Shown here: positions 1-9,424 of the stretch, in pieces
Numbering within the stretch: position 1 is the stretch's first letter
How the letters are laid out: each line of letters begins with the position of its first letter
Virus record (IMG/VR): IMGVR_UViG_3300028549_001428
Strand: one strand, 5' to 3'
From: a virus
Taxonomy: Duplodnaviria; Heunggongvirae; Uroviricota; Caudoviricetes
DNA: 64,000 nt
Notes under the pieces: model-generated
What the model was told of the DNA's origin: nothing
Databases searched by the model: none
The model's input: the letters and a program-made list of their open reading frames with translations, nothing else
Translations under genes and position numbers: made by a program

Positions 1-427
1 ACGAAATTATATTTTCCCATATAGAAGTATTGAATCCCAATATTTCTTCTTCAAATACTTTTTGAGAAACCGAGGCTTCCTTCGGTACTAGTACATCATT
101 CTTATACATGACTGTTTTTGTACTACCTGAACCTGTCATAGTTCTCGACATAACATATTTATCAGAACCCTTACTATCAGTTCTGATGAACTCACCCTCA
201 ACAAATAAATTAGACTTATTTGCTGTGTTCTTCAGTTGTTCTTTTTTTATGTTTCTATATGGCTTATTGAAAAACAATAAATTCATTGCTTCCAGAATAG
301 CACTCTTACCTACACCATTTGGTCCAGATATCCAGGTCACGCCCTTCTTAAAAGTAACTTCATTAATGTTATTACCATAAGACAAAATATTAGAAAATCT
401 CAATCTAACTAAGTCGAGTGAATGCAT
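1..427 (-). CDS. SbcC/Rad50-like recombination ATPase (T4 gp46-like), N-terminal part, runs off the window
   Basis: Not in the ORF track. Manual translation from the ATG at 427 gives MHSLDLVRLRFSNILSYGNNINEVTFKKGVTWISGPNGVGKSAILEAMNLLFFNKPYRNIKKEQL (Walker A GPNGVGKS, gp46-type 'N.LSYGN' and 'F.KPYR' motifs). TAATG overlap with the upstream gene. Confidence 0.9.
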   Translation of the reverse strand, partial: MHSLDLVRLRFSNILSYGNNINEVTFKKGVTWISGPNGVGKSAILEAMNLLFFNKPYRNIKKEQLKNTANKSNLFVEGEFIRTDSKGSDKYVMSRTMTGSGSTKTVMYKNDVLVPKEASVSQKVFEEEILGFNTSIWENIIS

Positions 428-1758
428 TAAAATACCTCTTCATCATAATTACTGTTCATATTTAGTGGATCATCAAACACACCACCTAGTGATTGGAATA
501 CTCGCTTTGGTTTAACTGCTTCATTATATTCCATTTCTTCTTCACTTACCTCAACCACTGGTGTAAATACATCTGGATGATCATTCACATAATTAATATC
601 AAGTAATGAATAATAGCCCATATCTTTCAATTTATTCACACGCTGAAGCATTTTATCATTTATACCCAATTTGGATAAAATTTCAGTACCTTCAAATTCG
701 GCAGTTACTGCATCGATTGCTTCACATATAGAACGCTGGACGTGTGTAGGAATATACTTAAAATCAATTAGTTTTTGATTTCTAATATATTGATTATCCC
801 AACCTTCTGATTTTGATTTGGTGTATACATCAGTAGTTGCTTCATATAAAGTCTTTGCAGTTCCTTTACCAACCTTTTTCTTCTTGTTAGGTAAAGCCAT
901 TCCATTGATATTATCCGAACTATCACCACTCAATATTTTAGTTTCGAGATACTCAACTGGACTTACGCATTCAGTCATATTATCTGTGTAATGGTTATAT
1001 ATTTTAACGTTAGGATTGGTTAATAGCTGATTAAAGTCGGAGTCTTTACTTATTACAATAATGGAATCATAATTACTATTTAAATATTGTGTTGTTACAT
1101 AAGCAACATCATCACCTTCAGCACCAGTAACCCGAACACATTTAGCTCGGTATAATTTACCTATCTCAGCGGCAAAAATTTCCTTATGTTCTTTCCATAG
1201 AGATTTTGGTGTTATAAATTCCCATTCTTCTCCACGTGTTCCTTTATATTTAGGTAACATAGGAGTTCCATTAGGCATATACAAACTCCACATAACATCT
1301 TGAGTTGCTTGTGGTAATTGATTCAGCTTACGTGATTTTAAAGCATATATATGAGCATCTGCTATTATATCCATCGGTGTAAACATATAGTCATCACCAT
1401 TTTTATATACTTTAAATAAACAATTGTCAAATCTTATATAGAAAGCAGTAGCATCATAATATACAGTTGCGTTTTCACCGTAATATTCTTTAACATAATC
1501 AAAACGCCATACGTTCTTTCCCTCTAATGCACATACAATATCTTTAGGATTAAATAACTTTATATATTTTAGCATCTTATTAACCATATGATTATTCCAT
1601 ACAATTAATTCATCTTCGGATGATTCTAAATTTAGAACTGTTGTTCTCTTCTCTGATTTCAGAGAGTGCATTTGGTGGTACGATAAACTAGCCCAATCGA
1701 CTACTAATAATCTATTAGGTGAAAAAGGGTACGATTTTAATGGATTATATGTATTCAT
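427..1758 (-). CDS. rnh: T4 RNase H-like 5'-3' exonuclease (FEN family)
   Basis: LLVVDW, YKGTR, EGDD, SKDSDFNQL and GDSSDNING motifs. Confidence 0.85.
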   Translation of the reverse strand: MNTYNPLKSYPFSPNRLLVVDWASLSYHQMHSLKSEKRTTVLNLESSEDELIVWNNHMVNKMLKYIKLFNPKDIVCALEGKNVWRFDYVKEYYGENATVYYDATAFYIRFDNCLFKVYKNGDDYMFTPMDIIADAHIYALKSRKLNQLPQATQDVMWSLYMPNGTPMLPKYKGTRGEEWEFITPKSLWKEHKEIFAAEIGKLYRAKCVRVTGAEGDDVAYVTTQYLNSNYDSIIVISKDSDFNQLLTNPNVKIYNHYTDNMTECVSPVEYLETKILSGDSSDNINGMALPNKKKKVGKGTAKTLYEATTDVYTKSKSEGWDNQYIRNQKLIDFKYIPTHVQRSICEAIDAVTAEFEGTEILSKLGINDKMLQRVNKLKDMGYYSLLDINYVNDHPDVFTPVVEVSEEEMEYNEAVKPKRVFQSLGGVFDDPLNMNSNYDEEVF

Positions 1759-1791
1759 GGAATAAATATAGCATTATACTGAAAAATATAT

Positions 1792-2058
1792 CTAATTTTT
1801 ATTACATAATTCTCGTATATATATTCTTTGCTTTATGAATTCATCAACTTGAGAATTTAATTCATCCATATATGCAATTAAATCAGTTATGTTATGTGAA
1901 TCACCTTTTCTATATTGAGACATATCCTCACATGCCAATACAGAAATCAAAACGTCTCGTTGAATTATAATATCATCAATATCAACCAACGCCAGTATAT
2001 CATCATTACATTCAATTATGTTCATTACTAAGTTTAATATATAATCAGTGTTTTTCAT
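1792..2058 (-). CDS. hypothetical protein
   Basis: 88-aa ORF with a 4-nt overlap with the upstream gene. Confidence 0.6.
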   Translation of the reverse strand: MKNTDYILNLVMNIIECNDDILALVDIDDIIIQRDVLISVLACEDMSQYRKGDSHNITDLIAYMDELNSQVDEFIKQRIYIRELCNKN

Positions 2059-2726
2059 AATTTCTTTATTATTTTAGTTTCTGAAATGGATTGTATTTTT
2101 TTGCTTGATTTATGTTCAATTAAGGTTACTTTCCCTTCTGTAAGAGCCTCTGCACCTAATGTATCATAAATAATATGGGTTCTCAATACTTCAGCAATCC
2201 AGAATGCGTCACATAAATCCGAATGAGGACTATCATTCTGTGGTAACTTATCAAACTGCTTTGGATATAATTGTGGATACTCTTCTTTAAACATAGCAGA
2301 CATCTGAGTTTTATCTGCTGATCCACTACCAGTAGCAAAACGCTTTATTACAGACGGTGGATATATCATAATACCCTTACCAGCATCATAAAACATCTTT
2401 TTCATACCACCTATAAACTCACCTATCTGAAAAATAGAATTTGTTTTGGTTGCACCATATGCATATCCTTCAAATGCTACATGCTTAACATCATCCATAT
2501 CTTCATTTATTATTTCATACGCTATATTTTGTCGATCAAACATATTAGATTTCAAATACTTGGTTCCGACTGATGTTAAGTTTACATTTTCCTCATTAAT
2601 ACATCTTATCTTTACACTATTATAACCATAAAATTTAATATCTATAATTGAAAAATTATTAGGACCTAATTCCATAATACATTTTCCACTTGAGTTCATT
2701 GAGGGGTCAATTCCACATATTTTCAT
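2055..2726 (-). CDS. RuvC-like Holliday junction resolvase
   Basis: GIDPSMNSSG, AFEGYAYG, PSVIKRFATGSGSADK, DLCDAF. Confidence 0.85.
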   Translation of the reverse strand: MKICGIDPSMNSSGKCIMELGPNNFSIIDIKFYGYNSVKIRCINEENVNLTSVGTKYLKSNMFDRQNIAYEIINEDMDDVKHVAFEGYAYGATKTNSIFQIGEFIGGMKKMFYDAGKGIMIYPPSVIKRFATGSGSADKTQMSAMFKEEYPQLYPKQFDKLPQNDSPHSDLCDAFWIAEVLRTHIIYDTLGAEALTEGKVTLIEHKSSKKIQSISETKIIKKL

Positions 2727-2829
2727 ATAAAAACCATTATTATATCATTTTTTATTGACGATGATATAAACTATTTTATATAAAAATACATTATTAACAA
2801 TGTACAAACAATATATTGAGGTAAATACT

Positions 2830-2979
2830 ATGAAAAAGTGTAATATAATAAACCCAGCAATTAATCCTATAGCTGGTAGAAAATTAACTACTGGGAAAAT
2901 ATTAATGGACAGAACTGTTTATGCAAGTAAAACAGTTACTGAAGAACAGAAACTAAATATAAAACCATTATTCAGTTAA
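2830..2979 (+). CDS. small 49-aa late protein (MKKCNIINPAINPIAGRKLTTG...)
   Basis: Below the ORF-track cutoff; GAGG RBS at 2818-2821 and TATAAACTA promoter at 2765-2773. Confidence 0.5.
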   Translation: MKKCNIINPAINPIAGRKLTTGKILMDRTVYASKTVTEEQKLNIKPLFS

Positions 2980-4739
2980 ATAAACTGAGATGGTTTAGAT
3001 TTAGGCTTAATCCCTGTAGTTTTTTTCTTCTTAGAGACTGCCTTTGTAGCAGTCTCTTTTTTTGCTGTTAATGAATCTGGATCTACCGTAGCTTCAAATA
3101 TACCAGTAAGATCCAATTCAGTAATTGGGATATCATCCATCTGATAATAGAATTTTCTGAAGCGATAATGTTGCATCGCATAGTTTTCTTTTAATCTAGG
3201 TGTTCCACCCTTTCGTGGCTTAGTATAATAACTGCAATTATCACAAATATCAAATACTCGTGCTAATTTCTTATCTTTATGCGCACGTACTATTCTACCT
3301 ATAGACTGAACAACTTCATACATTGATTTGGAAAATTCAGCTAATACCAAATTATGGAGTAATTTTATATTTACGCCTTGCTTCATAGTACCATAGGTAG
3401 CAATTATTATATTACCTGTACTATTCTCCATTTCCTTTCTGATTTTTTCACGTTCCTCGGTTTCAATATCACCCTGAACTACATAATATTTAAACTGAGG
3501 ATAGGTTTCAGTTAAATATTTATACATATCAGCTAATGTACTCTTGGATTTATATAGCATTACCGTGTTTTCATCGGTTCGTATTTTTCCCGATGAAATA
3601 AGTAAATCCATTACTCGCTTTCGACTTCCATTATTTGTAATTAATGAATATTCTTCTTTATAGTTCTTGCTACATACAGTAGCCCTAATAGATTGAGCAT
3701 AAGGCACAATTAATGTTATAACTTCAACTGGGGTTAATATACCCTTTTGTACTAGTTCTTTTAATCTAACTATATCTTCTTTTCTACCTAATGCGCCTTC
3801 AACCCAAGCGGCATCTAAGCCTTCAGTTGGTAAAGTACCCGATAATCCAATTTTAAAATCAGTTGCATTAACACATTTATCTAAGATATCTCTTAATACA
3901 GCACCACGAGTTCCATGTGCTTCATCAACTATAACAGCAGTAAATACAGTGAAGAATGAATCTGGTTTATTCTGCAAACTCTGCCAAGTTGAAATAGTCA
4001 CAGGTTTGAGCATAACCTCTTCACCCAATTTCAACTCTTCTAAATTTCGTTTTTGTTTAGCTGTTAATTTATCCTTAGAATCGCCATGTATCAATGTACA
4101 ATAGTCTTCAGCACCAACCCACCCATAATCATCATGATAATCACTATATAATTGTTCAACTAAGTTAGTTGATGGAACTATAACTAATATTTTTTTCTTT
4201 TCTACTTCCATCAAATATCTGGATATAACATACATAGACAACGACTTACCAGCCGCTGTACATGCTAATAACGATGATCTTCTACCATTTAATGCACGAT
4301 TTACTAATTTTATTTGATGTTCATAAGGTGTTATAACCTCATTACTTTTTTTATTGTATAAATTTAATGTAGATATGTATTTAGTTAAAAACTCATTATC
4401 AATTAAACCATTAGGTGACTTATATACTTTTTTTACAGCATCACTTACTCGAATGCGTAATTTTGGTTTTCTATCTTGTAAATATTTAGTTGCTCGTGGT
4501 ATTAAACCAATAGGCAATGTTTGAGTTGCTTTATCGTATATGTATATAACACCGTCAGTAAACCCTTCATCATATTCCCATGTGTATAGAGTTTTGGTAT
4601 CAAAATAGGATAACCCAGAATACAATAAGGCATTAATGCCATTTATTTCATCCTTGGATGGTGCTGTAATTCTAATAATGGCTTTGGTAGAATCGTATAT
4701 ATCAAATTCTACATAATAATCGTTGCTTATTGTATTCAT
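2976..4739 (-). CDS. uvsW: UvsW-like SF2 DNA helicase
   Basis: TAAGKS, VPSTNLVEQ, STWQS, DEAH, GLSGT, QSIGRIVR. Confidence 0.9.
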   Translation of the reverse strand: MNTISNDYYVEFDIYDSTKAIIRITAPSKDEINGINALLYSGLSYFDTKTLYTWEYDEGFTDGVIYIYDKATQTLPIGLIPRATKYLQDRKPKLRIRVSDAVKKVYKSPNGLIDNEFLTKYISTLNLYNKKSNEVITPYEHQIKLVNRALNGRRSSLLACTAAGKSLSMYVISRYLMEVEKKKILVIVPSTNLVEQLYSDYHDDYGWVGAEDYCTLIHGDSKDKLTAKQKRNLEELKLGEEVMLKPVTISTWQSLQNKPDSFFTVFTAVIVDEAHGTRGAVLRDILDKCVNATDFKIGLSGTLPTEGLDAAWVEGALGRKEDIVRLKELVQKGILTPVEVITLIVPYAQSIRATVCSKNYKEEYSLITNNGSRKRVMDLLISSGKIRTDENTVMLYKSKSTLADMYKYLTETYPQFKYYVVQGDIETEEREKIRKEMENSTGNIIIATYGTMKQGVNIKLLHNLVLAEFSKSMYEVVQSIGRIVRAHKDKKLARVFDICDNCSYYTKPRKGGTPRLKENYAMQHYRFRKFYYQMDDIPITELDLTGIFEATVDPDSLTAKKETATKAVSKKKKTTGIKPKSKPSQFI

Positions 4740-4773
4740 CTATTAAAAATATCTTAATTTATATTAAAATACA

Positions 4774-5820
4774 TTATTTCGATGAAGGATTTATAATATC
4801 ATTTGCAGAAACTTTCTTAATATTATTTTCTATCTCTTTGGGTTCTGTATTATCACCTAATATTTTTGAAGCATCAACTTCTTTCTTTTCAAGTTCCTTT
4901 GGTTGGTTTAATATGTTAGATGCTGGTTGTTCTCTAGGTATATATTCAACATCGGTTTCGTCCTGAATTAAATCAGATGCTGGTGCAGGTTCTGCGTCAG
5001 GTGCCTTTTCTTCTTCTTCGACTGTTTTATTTGCATCATCTATAACATTTGATGCATTGTCTTGAACCATCTGATCCATTTTTTGACCAGCTTCATATAA
5101 AGAATCTAGAATAGGAGCCTTCTCTTCTGTAGGTATGGCTACAGGTTCACCACGTTTTCTTTCTGGTGGTTCTTGTATAATTTCTAATGGTTGCTTACCA
5201 TCATCTACTTTCTCTGTTTTTTCTGCGTCTACAGTAGTAGTATTGTTAAATTTTCTAGCCTTACTCATTATATCAAAAGCATTTGCTGGGAAATATTTAA
5301 GCACCGAATGTAAATGCTTGCACATCGAAAGATTACCACTCGGATCTCTCACTTTAGGGAATGATGGATTTGTTTGTGCATTAGGCACTAATGTTGATAA
5401 TCCAGTAGCTAACGATCCTTTATGATTTCCACTAGGTCCATTATTGTGCATCATACCAGACCAATAAAAATCATAACAATTACAATGAACTCTTACATCT
5501 GAGTTAGTTAAAATATCCTTATATAATTTTGGTTGCCATTTTTCTTTAGCTAATGCAAATAACCCACCCTTTGTAGGAACAATAACCTCAACCACAACAT
5601 CATATTGTTTACCACTATCGCTTTGACTATTAACCTTCCAATGAGTTCGAGCATGTCCATCAGTTGATTGATCTATTGATTCAAATTTTGTTCTATGTAT
5701 ACCAGATGATCTAGCTTTTCGAGCTGGATCTACATGCGTATCCAATGAGGCAAATGATTCTTCAATGAGAACATTCTGGGTTTTTGATAATGCTTTTAAT
5801 AATTGACTAATTTTAATCAT
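4774..5820 (-). CDS. SWIM-type zinc-finger protein with acidic tail
   Basis: VHCNCYDF...MCKHL motif. Confidence 0.55.
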   Translation of the reverse strand: MIKISQLLKALSKTQNVLIEESFASLDTHVDPARKARSSGIHRTKFESIDQSTDGHARTHWKVNSQSDSGKQYDVVVEVIVPTKGGLFALAKEKWQPKLYKDILTNSDVRVHCNCYDFYWSGMMHNNGPSGNHKGSLATGLSTLVPNAQTNPSFPKVRDPSGNLSMCKHLHSVLKYFPANAFDIMSKARKFNNTTTVDAEKTEKVDDGKQPLEIIQEPPERKRGEPVAIPTEEKAPILDSLYEAGQKMDQMVQDNASNVIDDANKTVEEEEKAPDAEPAPASDLIQDETDVEYIPREQPASNILNQPKELEKKEVDASKILGDNTEPKEIENNIKKVSANDIINPSSK

Positions 5821-6697
5821 TTCTTGCCTGATGGAATAACATATTATATTGAGTTTCGTCTAATACAGTAATATATTCTGAATTATTGTTTAATACACTC
5901 ACATATACAATATATTTTTGACCTTCTGGTAATTGCATGAATTTTAATTCTTCTTCAGATCCTTTTATTTTAGCGGTGAGTGCTAGATATGGCTCTTGAG
6001 TATCAGGACGTATCATTTCGGATGTAGATGCATAATATTTTGTAATATACGTGGCAGGTACTTTACCCTTGACCATTTTTGTGCCACCTTTACCTGTTGT
6101 GAAGCAGTCATATTCTGATGAGTTACCAAACTCTGATTTCTTAGTTAGTAATAAATTTCTAAATACAGGTGTTTTCGATTCCTCATTTGCATTTAATACA
6201 GAATCTATTTCTGATTTAGTTAATACACCATCCAAATCTTTTTCATCTATATCTTTTAATTGTTCTGTTAATTGAATTTCAGGATATCCACTACTTTTAT
6301 CAACCGCATTCTTCGAGGATTGCTGTGTAGGTTCCTTTTTTCCATCAATTGGCTTCGTTTCAGGTTCTTTTTTTGGTGATTTATCAGCAGAATCAGGTTT
6401 TTTAGTATCCTTTTTTAATGGATCTTCTTTTTTTGTAGCTACTGGAGGTGGGGTTTTTGGTTCTTCCTTAATACTAGCATCATACATACCATTTTTCGTA
6501 GTATTCTTGGTATCCATTTCTATCATATCTGGACGTTTACTGCTAGTAGGTTTGGCTTGAGACGTGGGCTCATTTTTCTTAATTAATCCACTTGATTCAA
6601 ATAAACCTATTATACTACCACTATTTTCAGCATTAATAGTTTTTAATAATGTTCTTTTCTCGGACTCTAATAATTGTAATAAATCATGTTTCTGCAT
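5813..6697 (-). CDS. hypothetical late protein (K/P-rich linker)
   Basis: 294-aa ORF downstream of a late-type promoter at 6714-6722 (minus strand). Confidence 0.65.
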   Translation of the reverse strand: MQKHDLLQLLESEKRTLLKTINAENSGSIIGLFESSGLIKKNEPTSQAKPTSSKRPDMIEMDTKNTTKNGMYDASIKEEPKTPPPVATKKEDPLKKDTKKPDSADKSPKKEPETKPIDGKKEPTQQSSKNAVDKSSGYPEIQLTEQLKDIDEKDLDGVLTKSEIDSVLNANEESKTPVFRNLLLTKKSEFGNSSEYDCFTTGKGGTKMVKGKVPATYITKYYASTSEMIRPDTQEPYLALTAKIKGSEEELKFMQLPEGQKYIVYVSVLNNNSEYITVLDETQYNMLFHQARND

Positions 6698-6730
6698 ATA
6701 AAACCTCTGTTAGCAGTTTATAATAACAAA

Positions 6731-6880
6731 AAGGGAAAACATAAATGGTATTCATTTCTTATATCTTCTCTCTTATTTCTAAAAAAAATCTGATTTGTTA
6801 ATTTGCTTTTTGTAATTTTGATCTATATTGATGCTTAGAAGGGAAAACATAAATGGTATTCCATTCTTATATTCTCATTC
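6731..6880 (+). repeat. direct repeat pair AAGGGAAAACATAAATGGTATT-N3-TTCTTATAT (copies start at 6731 and 6839)
   Basis: 22-nt exact match extending imperfectly to about 35-40 nt; 108-bp spacing; lies in a divergent intergenic region. Confidence 0.85.
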
Positions 6881-6929
6881 TCTTTCTCAATTTTGTTCTA
6901 GATTTCAACTTTTTTGTTATATTTGTCCT

Positions 6930-8345
6930 ATGAAGTTAAGCGATGTTATTATTCAGGTTCCAATAAAGGCTAAAACCGATATTGAATTTTTGTTAAAATA
7001 TAAAAAACCTACATTCCCATGTAATGTCGATTACTTGCTATATATTGTTGGTAAGTTGATTCAAATACCACAATTTAATGCAAAATTGAAGAATTTGAAT
7101 AAAGTTCCTATGTATTCAGTGATTTTGCGATATGAATTGGGTAAAAACTACAAAAAATACATAGATTATCTCATTGATAATAAAGTAATTGAAACTGATA
7201 ATCATTATATTGTATCATCGCCAGAGCATGAAGGTAAATGTAAATGCTACGGTCTTACTAAGAAATACAGATCATCTAATTTGGTGGATCATACAATAAG
7301 TAAGAAATCTCTTTTAAAACAAATTTTAAAATGGAAAGAAAAAGTATTTAATGAATTCGAAAAAGATGAATTGTTAGTTAAATTATACGGAATGATGGAT
7401 GGATTCACTATTGATATCGATTCAGCGACTAATAAATTAGATACAATGCTTGAAAATCACGAAATTAATCAGCGTCAGTATGATATAGAAGTTAGTAAAT
7501 GTAAGAAAATAAATAACAAAAAAGAAACTTCTCTATCATTATTCATAACTAAAGATTCTTATGATAGAGTTCATACTAATTTCACTAATATTTCTAAAGT
7601 AATTAGAGAAAATTACCTCTATCATAATGGAAATAAAGTGAGAGGCATTGATATAATATCTTCACAGGCATCATTATTATGTTCATTATTCACTGAGTAC
7701 AGAGATTCACTGAAATATGTAAATGAAAATCCATTTGAAGTTATAGATTTACCTAAAAATGTTGATGTTAGAGATAAATACGTCAATAAATTGAATAAAT
7801 ATACAGGTCCTGATATATATGTAGATATAAATCGTACTGTTAATTATTTTGATTTAGATCCTACTACTATGATTGCAAAAACATCAAAGGAAATTTCTAA
7901 ATATATTCAGGCAATGTGCTCTGAAGGTATTTATGAATTTTTTCAATATAAATATGATGAAATGTTTGGTGTTAATAAAGATCGTAAAGATGTTAAGAAG
8001 AAATGGATTTCCTATATATTTGGTAAATCGTATTCAACTAAACCAGCCAATGAAGAATCATATATGATTTATATGATATGGAATGCTGAATTTCCTATGC
8101 TAAATAACATATTAAATCATTTTAAATCATCTGATTATAAAACTCTTGCACATACACTACAAAGAAATGAAGCAAATTTAATATTCAATAAGGTGTGTCC
8201 AGCGATAGATACTGAATTATCTATCGAATATTGTACTGTTCATGATTCTATCATAGTTGAAGAACAATATTGCGAACAAGTATCCGAAATATTTGATAGA
8301 GTACTTGCTGAAAACAACATAATTACGAATGTAAAAATTGATTAA
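6930..8345 (+). CDS. divergent PolA/T7-RNA-polymerase superfamily polymerase-like protein (no exonuclease domain)
   Basis: Motif A GIDIISSQ, motif B RKDVKKKWISYIFG, LQRNEA, motif C VHDSI. Start placed at ATG 6930, after TATATTT-N5. Confidence 0.65.
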   Translation: MKLSDVIIQVPIKAKTDIEFLLKYKKPTFPCNVDYLLYIVGKLIQIPQFNAKLKNLNKVPMYSVILRYELGKNYKKYIDYLIDNKVIETDNHYIVSSPEHEGKCKCYGLTKKYRSSNLVDHTISKKSLLKQILKWKEKVFNEFEKDELLVKLYGMMDGFTIDIDSATNKLDTMLENHEINQRQYDIEVSKCKKINNKKETSLSLFITKDSYDRVHTNFTNISKVIRENYLYHNGNKVRGIDIISSQASLLCSLFTEYRDSLKYVNENPFEVIDLPKNVDVRDKYVNKLNKYTGPDIYVDINRTVNYFDLDPTTMIAKTSKEISKYIQAMCSEGIYEFFQYKYDEMFGVNKDRKDVKKKWISYIFGKSYSTKPANEESYMIYMIWNAEFPMLNNILNHFKSSDYKTLAHTLQRNEANLIFNKVCPAIDTELSIEYCTVHDSIIVEEQYCEQVSEIFDRVLAENNIITNVKID

Positions 8346-8386
8346 TAATAACATATATTTCATATATATCCAAAATTGGAGAAAAT

Positions 8387-8623
8387 ATGAAACGTGTAGG
8401 TATTATAGAAGTAAGTGTTGATACAGTAAAGGTAATTGGATTCGGTGGATTAAATGGCACCAGTACCGTATATGACGATGATTTGGGATTAGATGTCTCA
8501 GTTACTAAAGTTCTATTAGATAATGGAACTGAATTTTTAGTAAAGGATTCTATTATAGGTGATGAAGACGCTATACTAAAAAACATCAGTGAATATAAGG
8601 CAAAAGGGTATAAACTTATTTAA
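8387..8623 (+). CDS. hypothetical protein
   Basis: 78-aa ORF with GGAG RBS. Confidence 0.65.
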   Translation: MKRVGIIEVSVDTVKVIGFGGLNGTSTVYDDDLGLDVSVTKVLLDNGTEFLVKDSIIGDEDAILKNISEYKAKGYKLI

Positions 8624-8673
8624 CTAAAATATAAACTATCGCAGTAACAACGTCCTGACAAGGAAGTATTTTT

Positions 8674-8949
8674 ATGGACACAAATTGGTTCAATGTAAAA
8701 ATAGATGGTAATTCGAAAAGTAATGACTTATTAGAAAAACCAAATAAACTAGGTAAATATGGAAAAAGAAGTGAATTAGAACCACTTTTACGAAGATTAT
8801 ATAAAGATAGACGAGAAACTGATCAATTATTGTCACATATTAAATATACAGTAGAAACATTTAGATCACATTTTTCAAAAGAAGATAATGAAGGTATGAT
8901 ACATAACTGTAATGCTATACTGCAAAAAATAAATGCAAATTTAGATTAA
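8674..8949 (+). CDS. hypothetical late protein
   Basis: 91-aa ORF after TATAAACTA at 8630-8638. Confidence 0.6.
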   Translation: MDTNWFNVKIDGNSKSNDLLEKPNKLGKYGKRSELEPLLRRLYKDRRETDQLLSHIKYTVETFRSHFSKEDNEGMIHNCNAILQKINANLD

Positions 8950-9389
8950 AATAGACTCTCTAGTAATAGAGAGTTTCTTTTTTCCATAATTAATTTACCT
9001 AGCATATTATTTCCTACAGGTGGATCTGATTTTAAATCAACTCCCCAAAATCTGTCATTCCACCAATTACCCTCTTGAATATATTCATTACCTGTACTTA
9101 ATAATAATTCACGATATGGCTCTTGGCTATATTTTTGATCTATACATACTTTCATAACTGAAAGTTTTAATGTATTCCATTCTGGAGATAAAACTAACTC
9201 TCTACCTTTTCGTTTTATGATACGTGGGTTGGGTTCAGTTTTACAAACCATTTTCCATTCGGGGTCTGATGATTTAGCTGATACATACGCATGTTCTACA
9301 GATGCATATTCAATATTGTCAATAATAATTTTACATGGTTCCATATTGGATAACCATTTATACTCATCTGATTTAAAATGCTCGATCAT
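8946..9389 (-). CDS. NADAR family ADP-ribosylhydrolase (YbiA-like)
   Basis: LSN, YASVEHAY..AK, LLSTG, EGNWWNDRFWG, GNNMLGKLIM. Confidence 0.9.
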   Translation of the reverse strand: MIEHFKSDEYKWLSNMEPCKIIIDNIEYASVEHAYVSAKSSDPEWKMVCKTEPNPRIIKRKGRELVLSPEWNTLKLSVMKVCIDQKYSQEPYRELLLSTGNEYIQEGNWWNDRFWGVDLKSDPPVGNNMLGKLIMEKRNSLLLESLF

Positions 9390-9412
9390 ATTAAAAATAT
9401 AGCAATTTTTGC

Positions 9413-9420
9413 TATATTTG
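9413..9420 (+). promoter_or_regulatory. early/host-sigma promoter TATATTTG (representative copy)
   Basis: TATATTT recurs upstream of non-structural genes at 6918, 9413, 11501, 11946, about 23265, about 35500, 48017, 51376 (+) and 1764, 9395 (-). Confidence 0.7.
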
Positions 9421-9424
9421 TATC

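Noticed and set aside
6731-6880. Direct repeats as a mini CRISPR array
   Set aside because: Only two copies, 108-bp period, not palindromic, no cas genes
9154-9169. ATAACTGAAAGT in NADAR as a target of the stand-alone guide (11/12 match)
   Set aside because: Followed by TTTA rather than an NTGA TAM; plausible by chance in AT-rich DNA
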